In this document: one piece after another, positions 16,790 through 26,263 of the stretch | How positions within the stretch are numbered: the stretch's first letter is position 1 | How the letters are laid out: each line of letters begins with the position of its first letter | Assembly (NCBI GenBank): GCA_020631155.1 | Contig: JAHDHV010000016.1 | Span: forward strand, 1-34,170 | DNA: 34,170 bases | Direction of reading: 5' to 3' | Source: Bacteroidota bacterium | GTDB taxonomy: Bacteria; Bacteroidota; Bacteroidia; Chitinophagales; UBA2359 | Position numbers and translations under genes: made by a program | Notes under the pieces: generated by a model | The model's database searches: none | What the model was told of the DNA's origin: nothing | What the model saw: the letters and a program-made list of their open reading frames with translations, nothing else

Positions 16790-19594
16790 ATGCAGATAAA
16801 AAACCTACTGTTTTACCTTCTTTTATTTGGAAGTCTATGCGCGACTAATACGTGGGCGCAAGATGTAAAAGTCAACTTGCAAAAAGATAAGGTAGATACC
16901 GAGAGTAAACGACCTACCGCACCCAAAGATACGAATAAAACTTCCTCAGATTTAGGTAGTAAAATATTACAAAGTATTCAACAAAAAAAGGCTGCCACAA
17001 TCACTACAGAAACAGCGGCAAAGCCTACTCCTACACCTGCCGAAGCTAAAAGACCTACAGATACACAAGCAACTGATACCGCTACTCAACCAAAGACAAC
17101 AAAAACGGAAACGACAACAGAAACTAAAACAGATAGCGATTCTGTGACAGATTCGGATAGTGATTCTAATGACGGTGCCGATACTGTTGCAACAGCCGAT
17201 ACCACAGGAACTACGCCCGAACCTTCGGCGATGGATTCGATGTCTAAAGCGGTGGAGGATGTGGTAAAAACGGGCTTAAAGAAGACAAAACGAAAAATTA
17301 CACATACCATTAATGCTATTACAGCTAACAAACCTGTTTTAGCACCGCCTGCGCCACCTGCCGAGCAAACCAAAATTCTAAAATTTGATGTTCAGGTACT
17401 TCGCGAGCTGGCACCAACAGAAGCAGTTGCCGTTGATGGTAAGCCTAAAAAGGACAAAGAAAAAGAGGAAGAAACTGCTGCCATAGATAGTACAAAACAA
17501 GAAACTAAGGAAGAGACACCAAAAATTACCAAGCTTGAAATTACTGCTTTGGATGCTAGAGGTAGACGGAATACGGCTGTTAATGGAACTTATAATTTCG
17601 CAATTGATAAAGGTGACCCACAATCTTTCGAGTTTGTAGACGGACGTGCAACAAGTGAACTGGACGCTGTTCCGCAAACCTTATTTGTAGAGCATTTTAA
17701 TGGAATAGAACGCTTAAACGATTTTTACCGTGTTAATGCCGATTATGACGATCCGCAAACCAGTATCATTCCTCAGTGGATGGGACTCATTCCGCCTTTG
17801 GTTGCCATTATTTTAGCACTATTATTTCGGGAAGTTTTATTTTCCCTGTTCATTGGTGTATTCATTGGCGTGTTGACTTTGGCAGGCTTTAGTTGGGAAA
17901 ATGTCATTCCTAGCTTTTTCAAAGTAATAGATAAATACATTATTGGTGCATTGAAAAACCCTGATCATTTATCCGTCATTGTATTTTCTTTATTAATTGG
18001 CGGTATGGTGGCCATTATTTCGAGAAATGGGGGTATGGCAGGAGTAGTCAAGGGCTTGTCGTTCTTTGCGCGAGGTCCCCGAAGTTCGCAATTTGTGACT
18101 TGGCTCATGGGTATTGCCATCTTTTTCGATGACTATGCCAACACCTTGATCGTGGGAAATACCATGCGCTCTATTACGGATAAATATCGCGTTTCTCGTG
18201 AAAAATTAGCTTATATTGTAGATAGTACGGCGGCTCCCGTTGCTGCCATTGCTTTGATTACCACTTGGATCGGTGCGGAGTTGGGCTATATTGGCGATGC
18301 TAGTAAAACGCTAGGCATTAACGAAGAACCTTATTCCATTTTCCTAAACTCCTTGCAATATTCTTTTTATCCTGTATTGACTTTATTTTTTATTTTAATG
18401 TTAATTTTATTTAAAAGAGATTATGGGTCAATGTGGGATGCGGAAGTGCGCGCAAGAGCGACAGGAAAACTAGCGGATATGGGCGTGCGTAAGGAAGAGG
18501 AGCTAAAAGATGCAATGGAAGAATTGCAACCTGTAGAGGGAATCGGGCATTATGCATTTAACGCTATTTTACCGATTTTAACCGTTATTGGCGTTACGAT
18601 GTGGGGTTTATACAGCACAGGTTATGATGCTGCCGTTATGGAAGACCCTACCTTAACCACCTTCAACAAATTATCTACCATTGTTGGGAACTCAGATTCC
18701 TATAAAGCCTTGATGTGGAGTTCGATTTCAGGTGTATTGATGGCCGTCTTTTTAAGTGTATTGGGACGATTTTTATCCTTGCGAGGCGCGATGGAAAGTA
18801 TGGTAATGGGGATTAAAACCATGATGCCTGCCATCGTTATTTTGGTATTGGCGTGGGCATTGGCGCAAATCACCAAAGATTTACGCACCGCCGATTATCT
18901 GACTACCTTATTAGAAGGCAATCTCGACCCCAAACTAATGCCGACCATCACCTTTTTACTATCTGGATTCATTGCCTTTGCCACAGGTTCTAGTTGGAGT
19001 ACAATGGCGATTTTATACCCTATTTTACTGCCAACCACTTGGACCATTTGCATGACCGCAGGCTTTCCAGTAGACGTAACCATGCCGATTTTTTACAGCG
19101 TAACCGCCAGCGTTTTAGCAGGTTCGGTCTTCGGCGATCACTGTTCTCCAATTTCCGATACCACCATTTTAAGCTCCTTAGCCACAGGCTGTAACCACAT
19201 TGACCACGTAAGTACACAGCTACATTATGCGATTACTGTAGGAATTGTGAGTGTAGGCATGGGCTTATTAGCAGTATATACTGACTGGCCGTTCTGGTCG
19301 TATTTTGCTATTGGAGCGAGTTGTTTATTACTCATCGTACTAATTGCAGGGCGCACCGTTCACGATGCCGAATACTACCAACCACAAGTAGCCGCAGCAG
19401 GAGTAGGAGCAGAAGAAAACACTGGTATTGCTGCCGATAATGCAGATGCCACAGATAAAAGTGCCGATACGGGCGAAATTCCACCAAGCAGCAAAGTGGA
19501 GGTTTTTCCAACCATCTTACCCCCACCATCAGAAGAAGACATAAAAAAAGCTAGTGAAGGCAATGATGACGATGAAATTTTTGATCCTAAGTAA
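16790..19594 (+). CDS. NhaC-family Na+/H+ antiporter fused to a ~330-aa N-terminal signal-peptide-bearing, T/D/S/P/K-rich low-complexity extension and a short acidic C-terminal tail
   Basis: Signal peptide MQIKNLLFYLLLFGSLCATNTWA; low-complexity region with DSDS and TETTTETKT repeats; C-terminal 600 aa shows NhaC-like TM core (FFDDYANTLIVGNTMRSITDKY, DSTAAPVAAIALITTWIG). Confidence 0.7.
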   Translation: MQIKNLLFYLLLFGSLCATNTWAQDVKVNLQKDKVDTESKRPTAPKDTNKTSSDLGSKILQSIQQKKAATITTETAAKPTPTPAEAKRPTDTQATDTATQPKTTKTETTTETKTDSDSVTDSDSDSNDGADTVATADTTGTTPEPSAMDSMSKAVEDVVKTGLKKTKRKITHTINAITANKPVLAPPAPPAEQTKILKFDVQVLRELAPTEAVAVDGKPKKDKEKEEETAAIDSTKQETKEETPKITKLEITALDARGRRNTAVNGTYNFAIDKGDPQSFEFVDGRATSELDAVPQTLFVEHFNGIERLNDFYRVNADYDDPQTSIIPQWMGLIPPLVAIILALLFREVLFSLFIGVFIGVLTLAGFSWENVIPSFFKVIDKYIIGALKNPDHLSVIVFSLLIGGMVAIISRNGGMAGVVKGLSFFARGPRSSQFVTWLMGIAIFFDDYANTLIVGNTMRSITDKYRVSREKLAYIVDSTAAPVAAIALITTWIGAELGYIGDASKTLGINEEPYSIFLNSLQYSFYPVLTLFFILMLILFKRDYGSMWDAEVRARATGKLADMGVRKEEELKDAMEELQPVEGIGHYAFNAILPILTVIGVTMWGLYSTGYDAAVMEDPTLTTFNKLSTIVGNSDSYKALMWSSISGVLMAVFLSVLGRFLSLRGAMESMVMGIKTMMPAIVILVLAWALAQITKDLRTADYLTTLLEGNLDPKLMPTITFLLSGFIAFATGSSWSTMAILYPILLPTTWTICMTAGFPVDVTMPIFYSVTASVLAGSVFGDHCSPISDTTILSSLATGCNHIDHVSTQLHYAITVGIVSVGMGLLAVYTDWPFWSYFAIGASCLLLIVLIAGRTVHDAEYYQPQVAAAGVGAEENTGIAADNADATDKSADTGEIPPSSKVEVFPTILPPPSEEDIKKASEGNDDDEIFDPK

Positions 19595-19600
19595 TGCGGA

Positions 19601-19753
19601 AATAATCAATTGAACCATAAAGCCACAGTGATTTTGTTTTGTACAAGGCGAAAAACGTAGGCATAGTGTGGAGCTACGGCGAGGCTTTTCAACGTAGTAC
19701 AAGGCAAAATAACAAAGGCGACTGGTTCAATTGATTATTGTAGGATGACTAAT
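19601..19753. repeat. Copy 2 of the ~150-bp dispersed element; starts 7 nt after the antiporter stop; perfect 17-bp terminal inverted repeats AATAATCAATTGAACCA / TGGTTCAATTGATTATT
   Basis: Co-linear homology to 3179-3343; internal direct repeats GTACAAGGCGAAAA / GTACAAGGCAAAAT. Confidence 0.5.
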
Positions 19754-19842
19754 GCAGATGATGATTTATTGGCGAAGGGGTGATATAGATGGGAGATAGG
19801 AGACGTGAGAGATGAGATTTTTAAAATTTAAGATAAATTAAG

Positions 19843-19885
19843 AAAGCCCAGTACTTTTTGGAAAATGAAGTGCTGGGCTTTTTAT
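19843..19885 (+). terminator. Rho-independent terminator AAAGCCCAG-loop-CTGGGCTTT followed by TTTAT
   Basis: 9-bp stem plus T-run on the + strand. Confidence 0.5.
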
Positions 19886-19946
19886 GTAAGAATTATTTTT
19901 TTTGCAAGAAAGATAATTTTTGTAATTTAAATATTACGAATCCACA

Positions 19947-20432
19947 TTACCTTTCCCCCACCAACTCTTTAGCCTTTTTATTAATTATAATACCGCCAAT
20001 CAAACAAGTAAGAAAAGTCGCCAGCATAACCACCCACCAAAAATAGCGCATATCAAAAAAGCGAACCCCAGTTTCTGCCCAAAAAGCAGCGTATAAACCC
20101 ACAACTGACCAACTCATGCCATAAAAATGTCCAACCATCCAGTCTTTATTTTTGCGTTTGAGAGCTGGATACATACCTGCGATTATGGAGCCTAAACTTA
20201 GGAGTGCAAATCCATGAAATAGATTTATCTTGCCAAAATTATAAATAAATAAAGCCGATACATTAAGAGAAATCATAGCTACAACATACACATAACCAAT
20301 GCGTTTGTGAAAAAGCGTACCTTTAGGTTTTAAGAAAACAATACTGCCACAAATCAGCGCAACAAGGGCTACTAGGGTGTGAAATAGCCCTAGATAACTA
20401 TGAATGATATGGTATTTTGCTAAAAAATCCAT
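19947..20432 (-). CDS. Integral membrane protein (4-5 TM), family uncertain
   Basis: Hydrophobic helices throughout; clean ORF with ATG start. Confidence 0.5.
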   Translation of the reverse strand: MDFLAKYHIIHSYLGLFHTLVALVALICGSIVFLKPKGTLFHKRIGYVYVVAMISLNVSALFIYNFGKINLFHGFALLSLGSIIAGMYPALKRKNKDWMVGHFYGMSWSVVGLYAAFWAETGVRFFDMRYFWWVVMLATFLTCLIGGIIINKKAKELVGER

Positions 20433-20787
20433 GAGTAAATGTTTTTAATTTAGGTAAAGTGAAAAGGTAAGCGAAATAGAATAGACTATTTTTTTGTGGG
20501 AGAATACTAGATGTCACACATCAAGTTAAATTTATTTATACAAATATTGGCATGTTTTCTGAAAATACAGTAACTTACAGCACCTATACAACCATTTTCC
20601 AACAATACTAACTACTGGAAAGTTCCTAGAAAAGACTTTATTTTAAATTTAATACTATAAAGGAACTATTTGTTTGAAAACATCCTTGTTTTTTACGGAA
20701 GGAATTTACTTAATCTTGAATTGAGGTTAACTACTAGTGGCTTGATTATCTCAAATCTTATGTCTAATTTCTTATATCTAAGTACTT

Positions 20788-21525
20788 ATGATAGAACTCT
20801 TAAATGAATCCTTATCCTCTGCAAATATTTTACTGACGTTCTTATTGATTGTCATGCTAATATACTGGTTTTTTGTTATATTAGGTGCAATTGATATGGA
20901 ATTTTTTGATTTCGATTTAGACCTAGAGGCGGATATGGATGTTGACGTAGATGTGGATGTAGATGTAGATGTGGACGCAGATATGGATGTGGACGCAGAT
21001 GCTGATGCAGATACGGCGAGTACTGCTAGTGGAGGCCCCGGAATTTTTGTGTCTATCCTACAATTTTTCAATGTGGGTTCTATCCCATTTATGATGTTCC
21101 TCAGTACATTAGTCCTTTGCATGTGGGTCATTTCTATCCTCACCAATTATTACATTATCCCAAATAAAACTTTTGCACTTGGATTATTGTTTATGATTCC
21201 AAATTTATTTATCAGTCTATTTATCAATAAAATAATCACTACACCACTTGTTTACATATTTAAAAACTTGGATGTTGCTCATAAAGATATGGACTTAATT
21301 GGTCATCTGTGTACATTAACTTTAGCCCTGAAAGGGGGACAACTAGGGCAGGCAGAAATTATTGCAAACAAAGGCGATCATTTGAGCATTACAGTTAGAG
21401 CAGCTAAAAATGCTTCATTTAAAAAAGGAGATAAAGCAGTGATTTTGGATAAAAATGAAGAAAGAGGATACTATGTGATTGGACAAATAGATGAAGATTT
21501 AGAAGCTTTTGAATTTAAGAACTAA
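20788..21525 (+). CDS. NfeD-like membrane protein (short YuaF-type homolog with C-terminal OB-fold), with internal (DV/DA)n repeat
   Basis: N-terminal TM segments; C-terminal GQAEIIANKGDHLSITVRAAKNASFKKGDKAVILDKNEERGYYVIGQ resembles the NfeD OB-fold; sits immediately upstream of the flotillin gene, as in yuaF-floT operons. Confidence 0.6.
   Translation: MIELLNESLSSANILLTFLLIVMLIYWFFVILGAIDMEFFDFDLDLEADMDVDVDVDVDVDVDADMDVDADADADTASTASGGPGIFVSILQFFNVGSIPFMMFLSTLVLCMWVISILTNYYIIPNKTFALGLLFMIPNLFISLFINKIITTPLVYIFKNLDVAHKDMDLIGHLCTLTLALKGGQLGQAEIIANKGDHLSITVRAAKNASFKKGDKAVILDKNEERGYYVIGQIDEDLEAFEFKN
20929..21013 (+). repeat. In-frame hexanucleotide microsatellite (GATGTG/GATGCA)n encoding DMDVDVDVDVDVDVDADMDVDADADAD
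   Basis: Direct reading inside the NfeD-like CDS. Confidence 0.7.
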
Positions 21526-21565
21526 TTGTAGATTTATGAAAAATAATATTTTATCTGAAAAACTA

Positions 21566-21617
21566 ATTTCTGATCTCTAACTTCTAAAAACCTAAATATC
21601 CAAAAGTCCAAATATCC
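21566..21617. repeat. Short copy of the leader plus 16-bp repeat family (AATTTCTGATCTCTAACTTCTAAAAACCTAAATATCCAAAAGTCCAAATATCCA)
   Basis: Matches leader and units of the 2080-2414 array. Confidence 0.7.
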
Positions 21618-21742
21618 ATATTATTGAATCAAAAATAAATGTCTTATGTCTTTACTGTTGATTATTTTTTTATTATGTTTGCTGCATAAATGCAGTGAAT
21701 TAGGAGCTTTGTGAAATTAAAAACAATAAACTATATATAACT

Positions 21743-24061
21743 ATGATATTATTAAGTATTTTAGGGGCTCTAGGCGTTGCTGGCCTAGTCATTGTTGCCA
21801 TCATTTTAATGGGTATTATTGCCTTTATTGCCTCTTTTTATAGAAAAATTCCACAAGGTTCTGCCCTAGTTCGCACAGGTGCAGGCGGTACAAAAATTGG
21901 TTTTGACAGTGGAATGGTCGTTTTGCCTGTCCTTCACTTAGCCGAAATAATGGATATTGCGGTTAAAAAAGTGGAAATTGAACGTATGGGCAAAGACGGT
22001 TTGATTTGTAAAGACAATTTACGTGCAGACATCAAAGTAGTGTTTTTTGTTCGGGTAAATAAATCGGTGGAAGGTGTAGAGCGAGTAGCGCAAACCATTG
22101 GTTGTGCGCGTGCTTCAAGCATCGATACCTTGGTTACCTTATTTGAAGCGAAGTTTTCAGAAGCTCTAAAAACGGTTGGTAAACGCTTCGATTTTGTAGA
22201 CCTCTATGATTCGCGTGAAGCTTTTAAGCAAGAAATTATCAACGCAATTGGTACAGACCTAAATGGTTATGTATTAGATGATTGCGCTATTGATTATTTA
22301 GAGCAAACGCCTATCGAACATCTTAAAGAAAGCAATATTTTAGATGTAGAAGGTATCAAAAAAATCACTGAATTAACTGCTAGAGAAAAAATTAAAGCAA
22401 ATTTAATTCGTAGAGAGGAAGAAAAAACCATCAAAAAACAGGATGTTGAAGCCAAAGAAGCCATTTTGGAACTAGAGCGTCAATTGGCGGAAAAGGAAGA
22501 AATTCAAAGGCGAGAAATTGCCATTATTAAGGCAAGGGAAAGTGCAGAAACTCTGCGTGTGCAAGAGGAAGAACGCCTGAAAGCCGAGCGAGCAAGAATT
22601 ACAACAGAAGAAGAACTGCAAGTAGCCGAAGAAAATAAATTGCGACAAATTATTGTTGCTCAAAAAAATAAGGAGCGAACAGAAGCCATTGAAACAGAAA
22701 AAGTACATAAGGATAAGCAGTTGGAAGTGACAGAGCGAGAGAAAATTGTGGCTTTGGCGCAAATAGAAAAGGAAAAAGTGGTAGAGGAGGAGCGCAAAAA
22801 CATTCAGGATGTGATTAGAGAGCGCGTGATGGTAGAAAAAGCAGTGGTAGAGGAGGAAGAAAAAATCAAAGATACCAAAGCATTTGCCGAAGCAGAAAGA
22901 AATAAATCGGTTGCGATTACGGTTGCTGAACAGCAAGCAGAAGAAGCATTGGTGAAGCAATTGAAGGAAGCAGAAGCACAAAAATTGTCGGCAGAATGGA
23001 AAGCACAACAGCGATTAATTGATGCCGAAGCAGAAAAAAATGCATCAGCAAAAGAAGCAGAAGCCAAGAAAATTATGGCGGAAGCAATTGCAGCAGAGGA
23101 AGCAGCACTTGGGGTATCGGAAGCGCAAGTAATGGAAGCAAAAGCAATAGCCGTTGAGCGTCAAGGAGTTGTAGAAGCAAATATCATTACCAAAAAAGCA
23201 GAAGCGGAGGCAAAAGCAATTGCATTGAAAGCGGAGGCAGCCAAAAAGCGCGGTTTGGTAGAGGCAAATATAATGCAAGAAAAAGGTTTGGCAGAGGCAA
23301 GGGTTATCGAAGAAAAAGCCTTTGCAGAAGCCAAAGGTTTAGAGGAGCGCGGTGTGGCAGAAGCGAAAGTTTTGGAGCAGGCAGCATTAGCAGAGGCCAA
23401 AGGTATTGAAGAAAAAGGCAGCGCGGAAGCGAAAATTTTGGAGCAGGCAGCATTGGCAGAAGCCAAAGGCATTGCAGAAAAAGGCAGCGCAGAAGCAAAA
23501 ATTTTAGAAGAAGCAGCACTTGCAGAAGCCAAAGGTATTGAGCAGAAGGCAGAGGCGATGAAAAAATTGGATGGTGTAGGTAAAGAGCATGAGGAGTTCA
23601 AACTCAGATTGGAGAAGGAAAAAGCCATCGAATTGGCAGCCATCAAGATTCAGGAAGCCATTGCCGAGTCACAAGCTAAAGCCATTGCCGAAGCACTCAA
23701 ATCTGCAAATATCGACATTGTGGGTGGTGAAACGATGTTCTTTGAGAATATTGTAGAAGCTATTACAAGAGGTAAAACGATTGACAGAACGATTGATAAT
23801 AGCCAAAATTTGACGGCTTTGAAACATGGACTTTTAGGCAATACTGCGAATGGCGGCGGCAATGTGATGGATAAAATCAAAGGCTTTGTCAAGCAGTTCA
23901 ACTTAGATACAGAGGACATTAAAAACTTGTCCCTCACTGCTTTAATGGTGAAAATGATTGCAATGAGCAGCAATAGCAATGACAAAAGTATCTTAGGCGA
24001 ATTGCTTAATGTAGCCAAAGGAGTAGGCATCGCCAATAAAAAAGTAGATAGCTTGTTTTAA
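21743..24061 (+). CDS. Flotillin-family (SPFH/band 7) protein, unusually long (772 aa) with an extended Ala/Glu-rich coiled-coil repeat region
   Basis: N-terminal TM + SPFH domain (IPQGSALVRTGAGGTKIGFDSGMVVLPVLHLAEIMDI...); repeated AEAKGIEEKGSAEAKILEQAALAEAKGI units. Confidence 0.85.
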   Translation: MILLSILGALGVAGLVIVAIILMGIIAFIASFYRKIPQGSALVRTGAGGTKIGFDSGMVVLPVLHLAEIMDIAVKKVEIERMGKDGLICKDNLRADIKVVFFVRVNKSVEGVERVAQTIGCARASSIDTLVTLFEAKFSEALKTVGKRFDFVDLYDSREAFKQEIINAIGTDLNGYVLDDCAIDYLEQTPIEHLKESNILDVEGIKKITELTAREKIKANLIRREEEKTIKKQDVEAKEAILELERQLAEKEEIQRREIAIIKARESAETLRVQEEERLKAERARITTEEELQVAEENKLRQIIVAQKNKERTEAIETEKVHKDKQLEVTEREKIVALAQIEKEKVVEEERKNIQDVIRERVMVEKAVVEEEEKIKDTKAFAEAERNKSVAITVAEQQAEEALVKQLKEAEAQKLSAEWKAQQRLIDAEAEKNASAKEAEAKKIMAEAIAAEEAALGVSEAQVMEAKAIAVERQGVVEANIITKKAEAEAKAIALKAEAAKKRGLVEANIMQEKGLAEARVIEEKAFAEAKGLEERGVAEAKVLEQAALAEAKGIEEKGSAEAKILEQAALAEAKGIAEKGSAEAKILEEAALAEAKGIEQKAEAMKKLDGVGKEHEEFKLRLEKEKAIELAAIKIQEAIAESQAKAIAEALKSANIDIVGGETMFFENIVEAITRGKTIDRTIDNSQNLTALKHGLLGNTANGGGNVMDKIKGFVKQFNLDTEDIKNLSLTALMVKMIAMSSNSNDKSILGELLNVAKGVGIANKKVDSLF

Positions 24062-24124
24062 GTACTTAGACGTAAGATATGAGATATGAGACTTGGGGTA
24101 ACTGATTTATTGTTAATTGTTTAT
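24060..24124. repeat. Copy 2 of the ~65-bp dispersed element AAGTACTTAGACGTAAGATATGAGATATGAGACTTGGGGTAACTGATTTATTGTTAATTGTTTAT; overlaps the flotillin stop codon
   Basis: Alignment with 11386-11450. Confidence 0.5.
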
Positions 24125-24220
24125 CTTAATTCTAGCTGCTTATAGGTAAAAAATATGATAAGATAAAAAGAAAAGGTAGCATTGACCAATAAGTTGATGT
24201 TACCTTTTTTTGTTTGATTT

Positions 24221-24268
24221 ACAACTCACAACTCACAACTCACAACTCACAACTCACAACTCACAACC
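24221..24268. repeat. Heptanucleotide tandem repeat (ACAACTC) x ~6.5 immediately upstream of the folC ATG
   Basis: Direct reading. Confidence 0.85.
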
Positions 24269-24273
24269 AATTC

Positions 24274-25578
24274 ATGACCTACCCACAAGCCATACATTAC
24301 CTAGAATACGAGTTACCTATGTACCAAAAGATAGGTGCAAAAGCTGCGAATATGGGTTTGCAAAACATCCAAAAACTATGCGCTTATCTAGGCAATCCAC
24401 AACGGCAATTTCGCAGCATCCACATTGCAGGCACGAATGGCAAAGGCTCTACCGCACACGCACTATCGGCAATTTTGCAAGAAAGCGGCTACAAAGTAGG
24501 TTTACACACTTCTCCCCATTACAATGACCTTCGAGAGCGCAATAAAATCAATGGGCAGTTGATGAGCAAAACGGCTGTTACGGCTTTTATCAACAAGCAT
24601 CAAACATTCCTAGAACACTTAAAACCTTCCTTTTTTGAGGTGCTAGTAGCAATGGGTTTTGATTATTTTGCCCAGCAAAAAGTAGATATTGCCATCATTG
24701 AAACAGGTCTGGGCGGCCGTTTAGATGCGACCAATATCATTATGCCAACTTTATCTATTATTACAAATATTGGAAAAGAACATGTGCAGTTTTTAGGAAA
24801 TACCCTAGCAAAAATTGCTTATGAAAAAGCAGGAATTATCAAGCCAAAAATACCTGTGGTAATTGGAGAAACGCATCCCGAAACAAAGTCTGTTTTTGAA
24901 GAAGTAGCTAATAAAAATAGTTCAAGCATTTATTTCGCTCAACAAAACTATACCACTGAAAATGAGTTGTTTAAATTAGATTCTACTACAATAGATGTTT
25001 TGCATCATCAAAAATTATTATATCCTCAATTACAAACAGATTTAACAGGTAATTTTCAACGAAATAATATTTTAACTGTTTTGCACGCAGTAGCTATTTT
25101 ACAAGAAAAAGAAATTTTTATTAAAAAAGAAAATGTATACAATGCGTTAAAAAAAGTGCGAAAATTAAGCAATTTAATAGGGCGATGGCAAATATTAAAA
25201 GCGCGAAACCCTACGATAATAGCAGATAGCGCACACAATCTAGCTGCTTGGAAATATGTAGTCAAACAACTGAATGATATAGCAGATAATTACGAACAAA
25301 TACATATGATTATTGGTATGGTGAAGGGCAAAAATGAGGCGGAAATACTATCATTATTACCTAAAACAGCAACTTACTACTGGTGCGCCCCTAATTTAGA
25401 GCGAGCTTTACCAGCTAACATTTTACAAAAAAAAGCTTACAAATTAGGTTTAAATGGAGAAGTTTATTCCTCTGAAAAAGAGGCATTTATTGAAGCTAAA
25501 AGAATAGCAAAAAGTAAGGATTTAATTTTTATTGGCGGAAGTAATTTTGTAGTTGCAGAAGTGTTAGGGGAGGAGTAA
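24274..25578 (+). CDS. folC: Folylpolyglutamate synthase / dihydrofolate synthase. The ORF-track start 24214 lies inside the heptamer repeat; ATG at 24274 (MTYPQAIHYLE) is preferred
   Basis: Mur-ligase P-loop IHIAGTNGKGSTAH; FolC-like overall architecture. Confidence 0.85.
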   Translation: MTYPQAIHYLEYELPMYQKIGAKAANMGLQNIQKLCAYLGNPQRQFRSIHIAGTNGKGSTAHALSAILQESGYKVGLHTSPHYNDLRERNKINGQLMSKTAVTAFINKHQTFLEHLKPSFFEVLVAMGFDYFAQQKVDIAIIETGLGGRLDATNIIMPTLSIITNIGKEHVQFLGNTLAKIAYEKAGIIKPKIPVVIGETHPETKSVFEEVANKNSSSIYFAQQNYTTENELFKLDSTTIDVLHHQKLLYPQLQTDLTGNFQRNNILTVLHAVAILQEKEIFIKKENVYNALKKVRKLSNLIGRWQILKARNPTIIADSAHNLAAWKYVVKQLNDIADNYEQIHMIIGMVKGKNEAEILSLLPKTATYYWCAPNLERALPANILQKKAYKLGLNGEVYSSEKEAFIEAKRIAKSKDLIFIGGSNFVVAEVLGEE

Positions 25579-25583
25579 AATAA

Positions 25584-25635
25584 TGTTGTTTTTGTTTCTA
25601 AAAATCTGTATTTTTGTAGAAAAAAAGAAATAAAT
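25584..25635. repeat. 52-bp direct repeat, copy 1 (TGTTGTTTTTGTTTCTAAAAATCTGTATTTTTGTAGAAAAAAAGAAATAAAT), abuts the abiEi ATG
   Basis: Identical to 27034-27085. Confidence 0.9.
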
Positions 25636-26263
25636 GAGCTTTTTTGAATTTCAAAATACCTTTGTTAAGCATCCTGTTATTTCAATATTAGAGATTAAAA
25701 AGTACTTTTCAAATTTTGATAATAATGCTTTAACTCGATGGCAAAAAAAAGGATATATAAGAAAAATTAGAAATGGTTTTTATCGTCTAAGCAAACCAAA
25801 GATTACTACTGTAGAAGAACTATTTTTTACTGCAAATCGCATTTATTGGCCTTCTTACATTTCGTTACATTCTGCTTTGCGATGGTATGATTTTATTCCA
25901 GAGGAAGTATTTTCAATAACCTCTGTTACTACTAAAAAAACACAGCAGTTTGAAACAGTAGATGGCACGTTTAAGTATCAAAATTTTAAAAAGAATCTGT
26001 TTTTTGGGTATAAACTAGAAAAGAATAATAAAGGATATTACTTTAAAATGGCAACACCAGAAAAAGCATTACTAGATTTTTTGTATTTGAATCCCCATCT
26101 TAAAACAGAAGATGATATTTTTGAATTGCGATTAAATGCTTTTGAAATTCAGGAGAAAGTAAATCTAAAAGTTTTAGATGCATATTTGTCACTTTTTGAT
26201 TCTAAAGCCTTAAATAAAAGAGTAAGTAATTTTAAAAAAATATTATATAATGAAAACTATTGA
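25634..26263 (+). CDS. abiEi: AbiEi-family antitoxin / transcriptional regulator (type IV TA)
   Basis: N-terminal wHTH GYIRKIRNGFYRL; core PSYISLHSALRWYDFIPEEVFSITSVTT typical of AbiEi; overlaps downstream abiEii by 14 nt. Confidence 0.8.
   Translation: MSFFEFQNTFVKHPVISILEIKKYFSNFDNNALTRWQKKGYIRKIRNGFYRLSKPKITTVEELFFTANRIYWPSYISLHSALRWYDFIPEEVFSITSVTTKKTQQFETVDGTFKYQNFKKNLFFGYKLEKNNKGYYFKMATPEKALLDFLYLNPHLKTEDDIFELRLNAFEIQEKVNLKVLDAYLSLFDSKALNKRVSNFKKILYNENY

Noticed and set aside
17086-17677. Minus-strand ORFs within the antiporter N-terminal extension
   Set aside because: Reverse-strand translations of the low-complexity T/D/S-rich coding region; no independent evidence.
22472-23646. Several 70-180-aa antisense or alternative-frame ORFs inside the flotillin gene (22472-23008, 22804-23067, 23161-23646, etc.)
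   Set aside because: These are low-complexity translations of the opposite strand or other frames of the Ala/Glu-rich coiled-coil repeats; no independent coding signal.
24210-24527. 105-aa ORF overlapping the folC 5' end in another frame
   Set aside because: Out-of-frame overlap with a well-supported FolC coding sequence; an artefact of the heptamer repeat and alternative frame.
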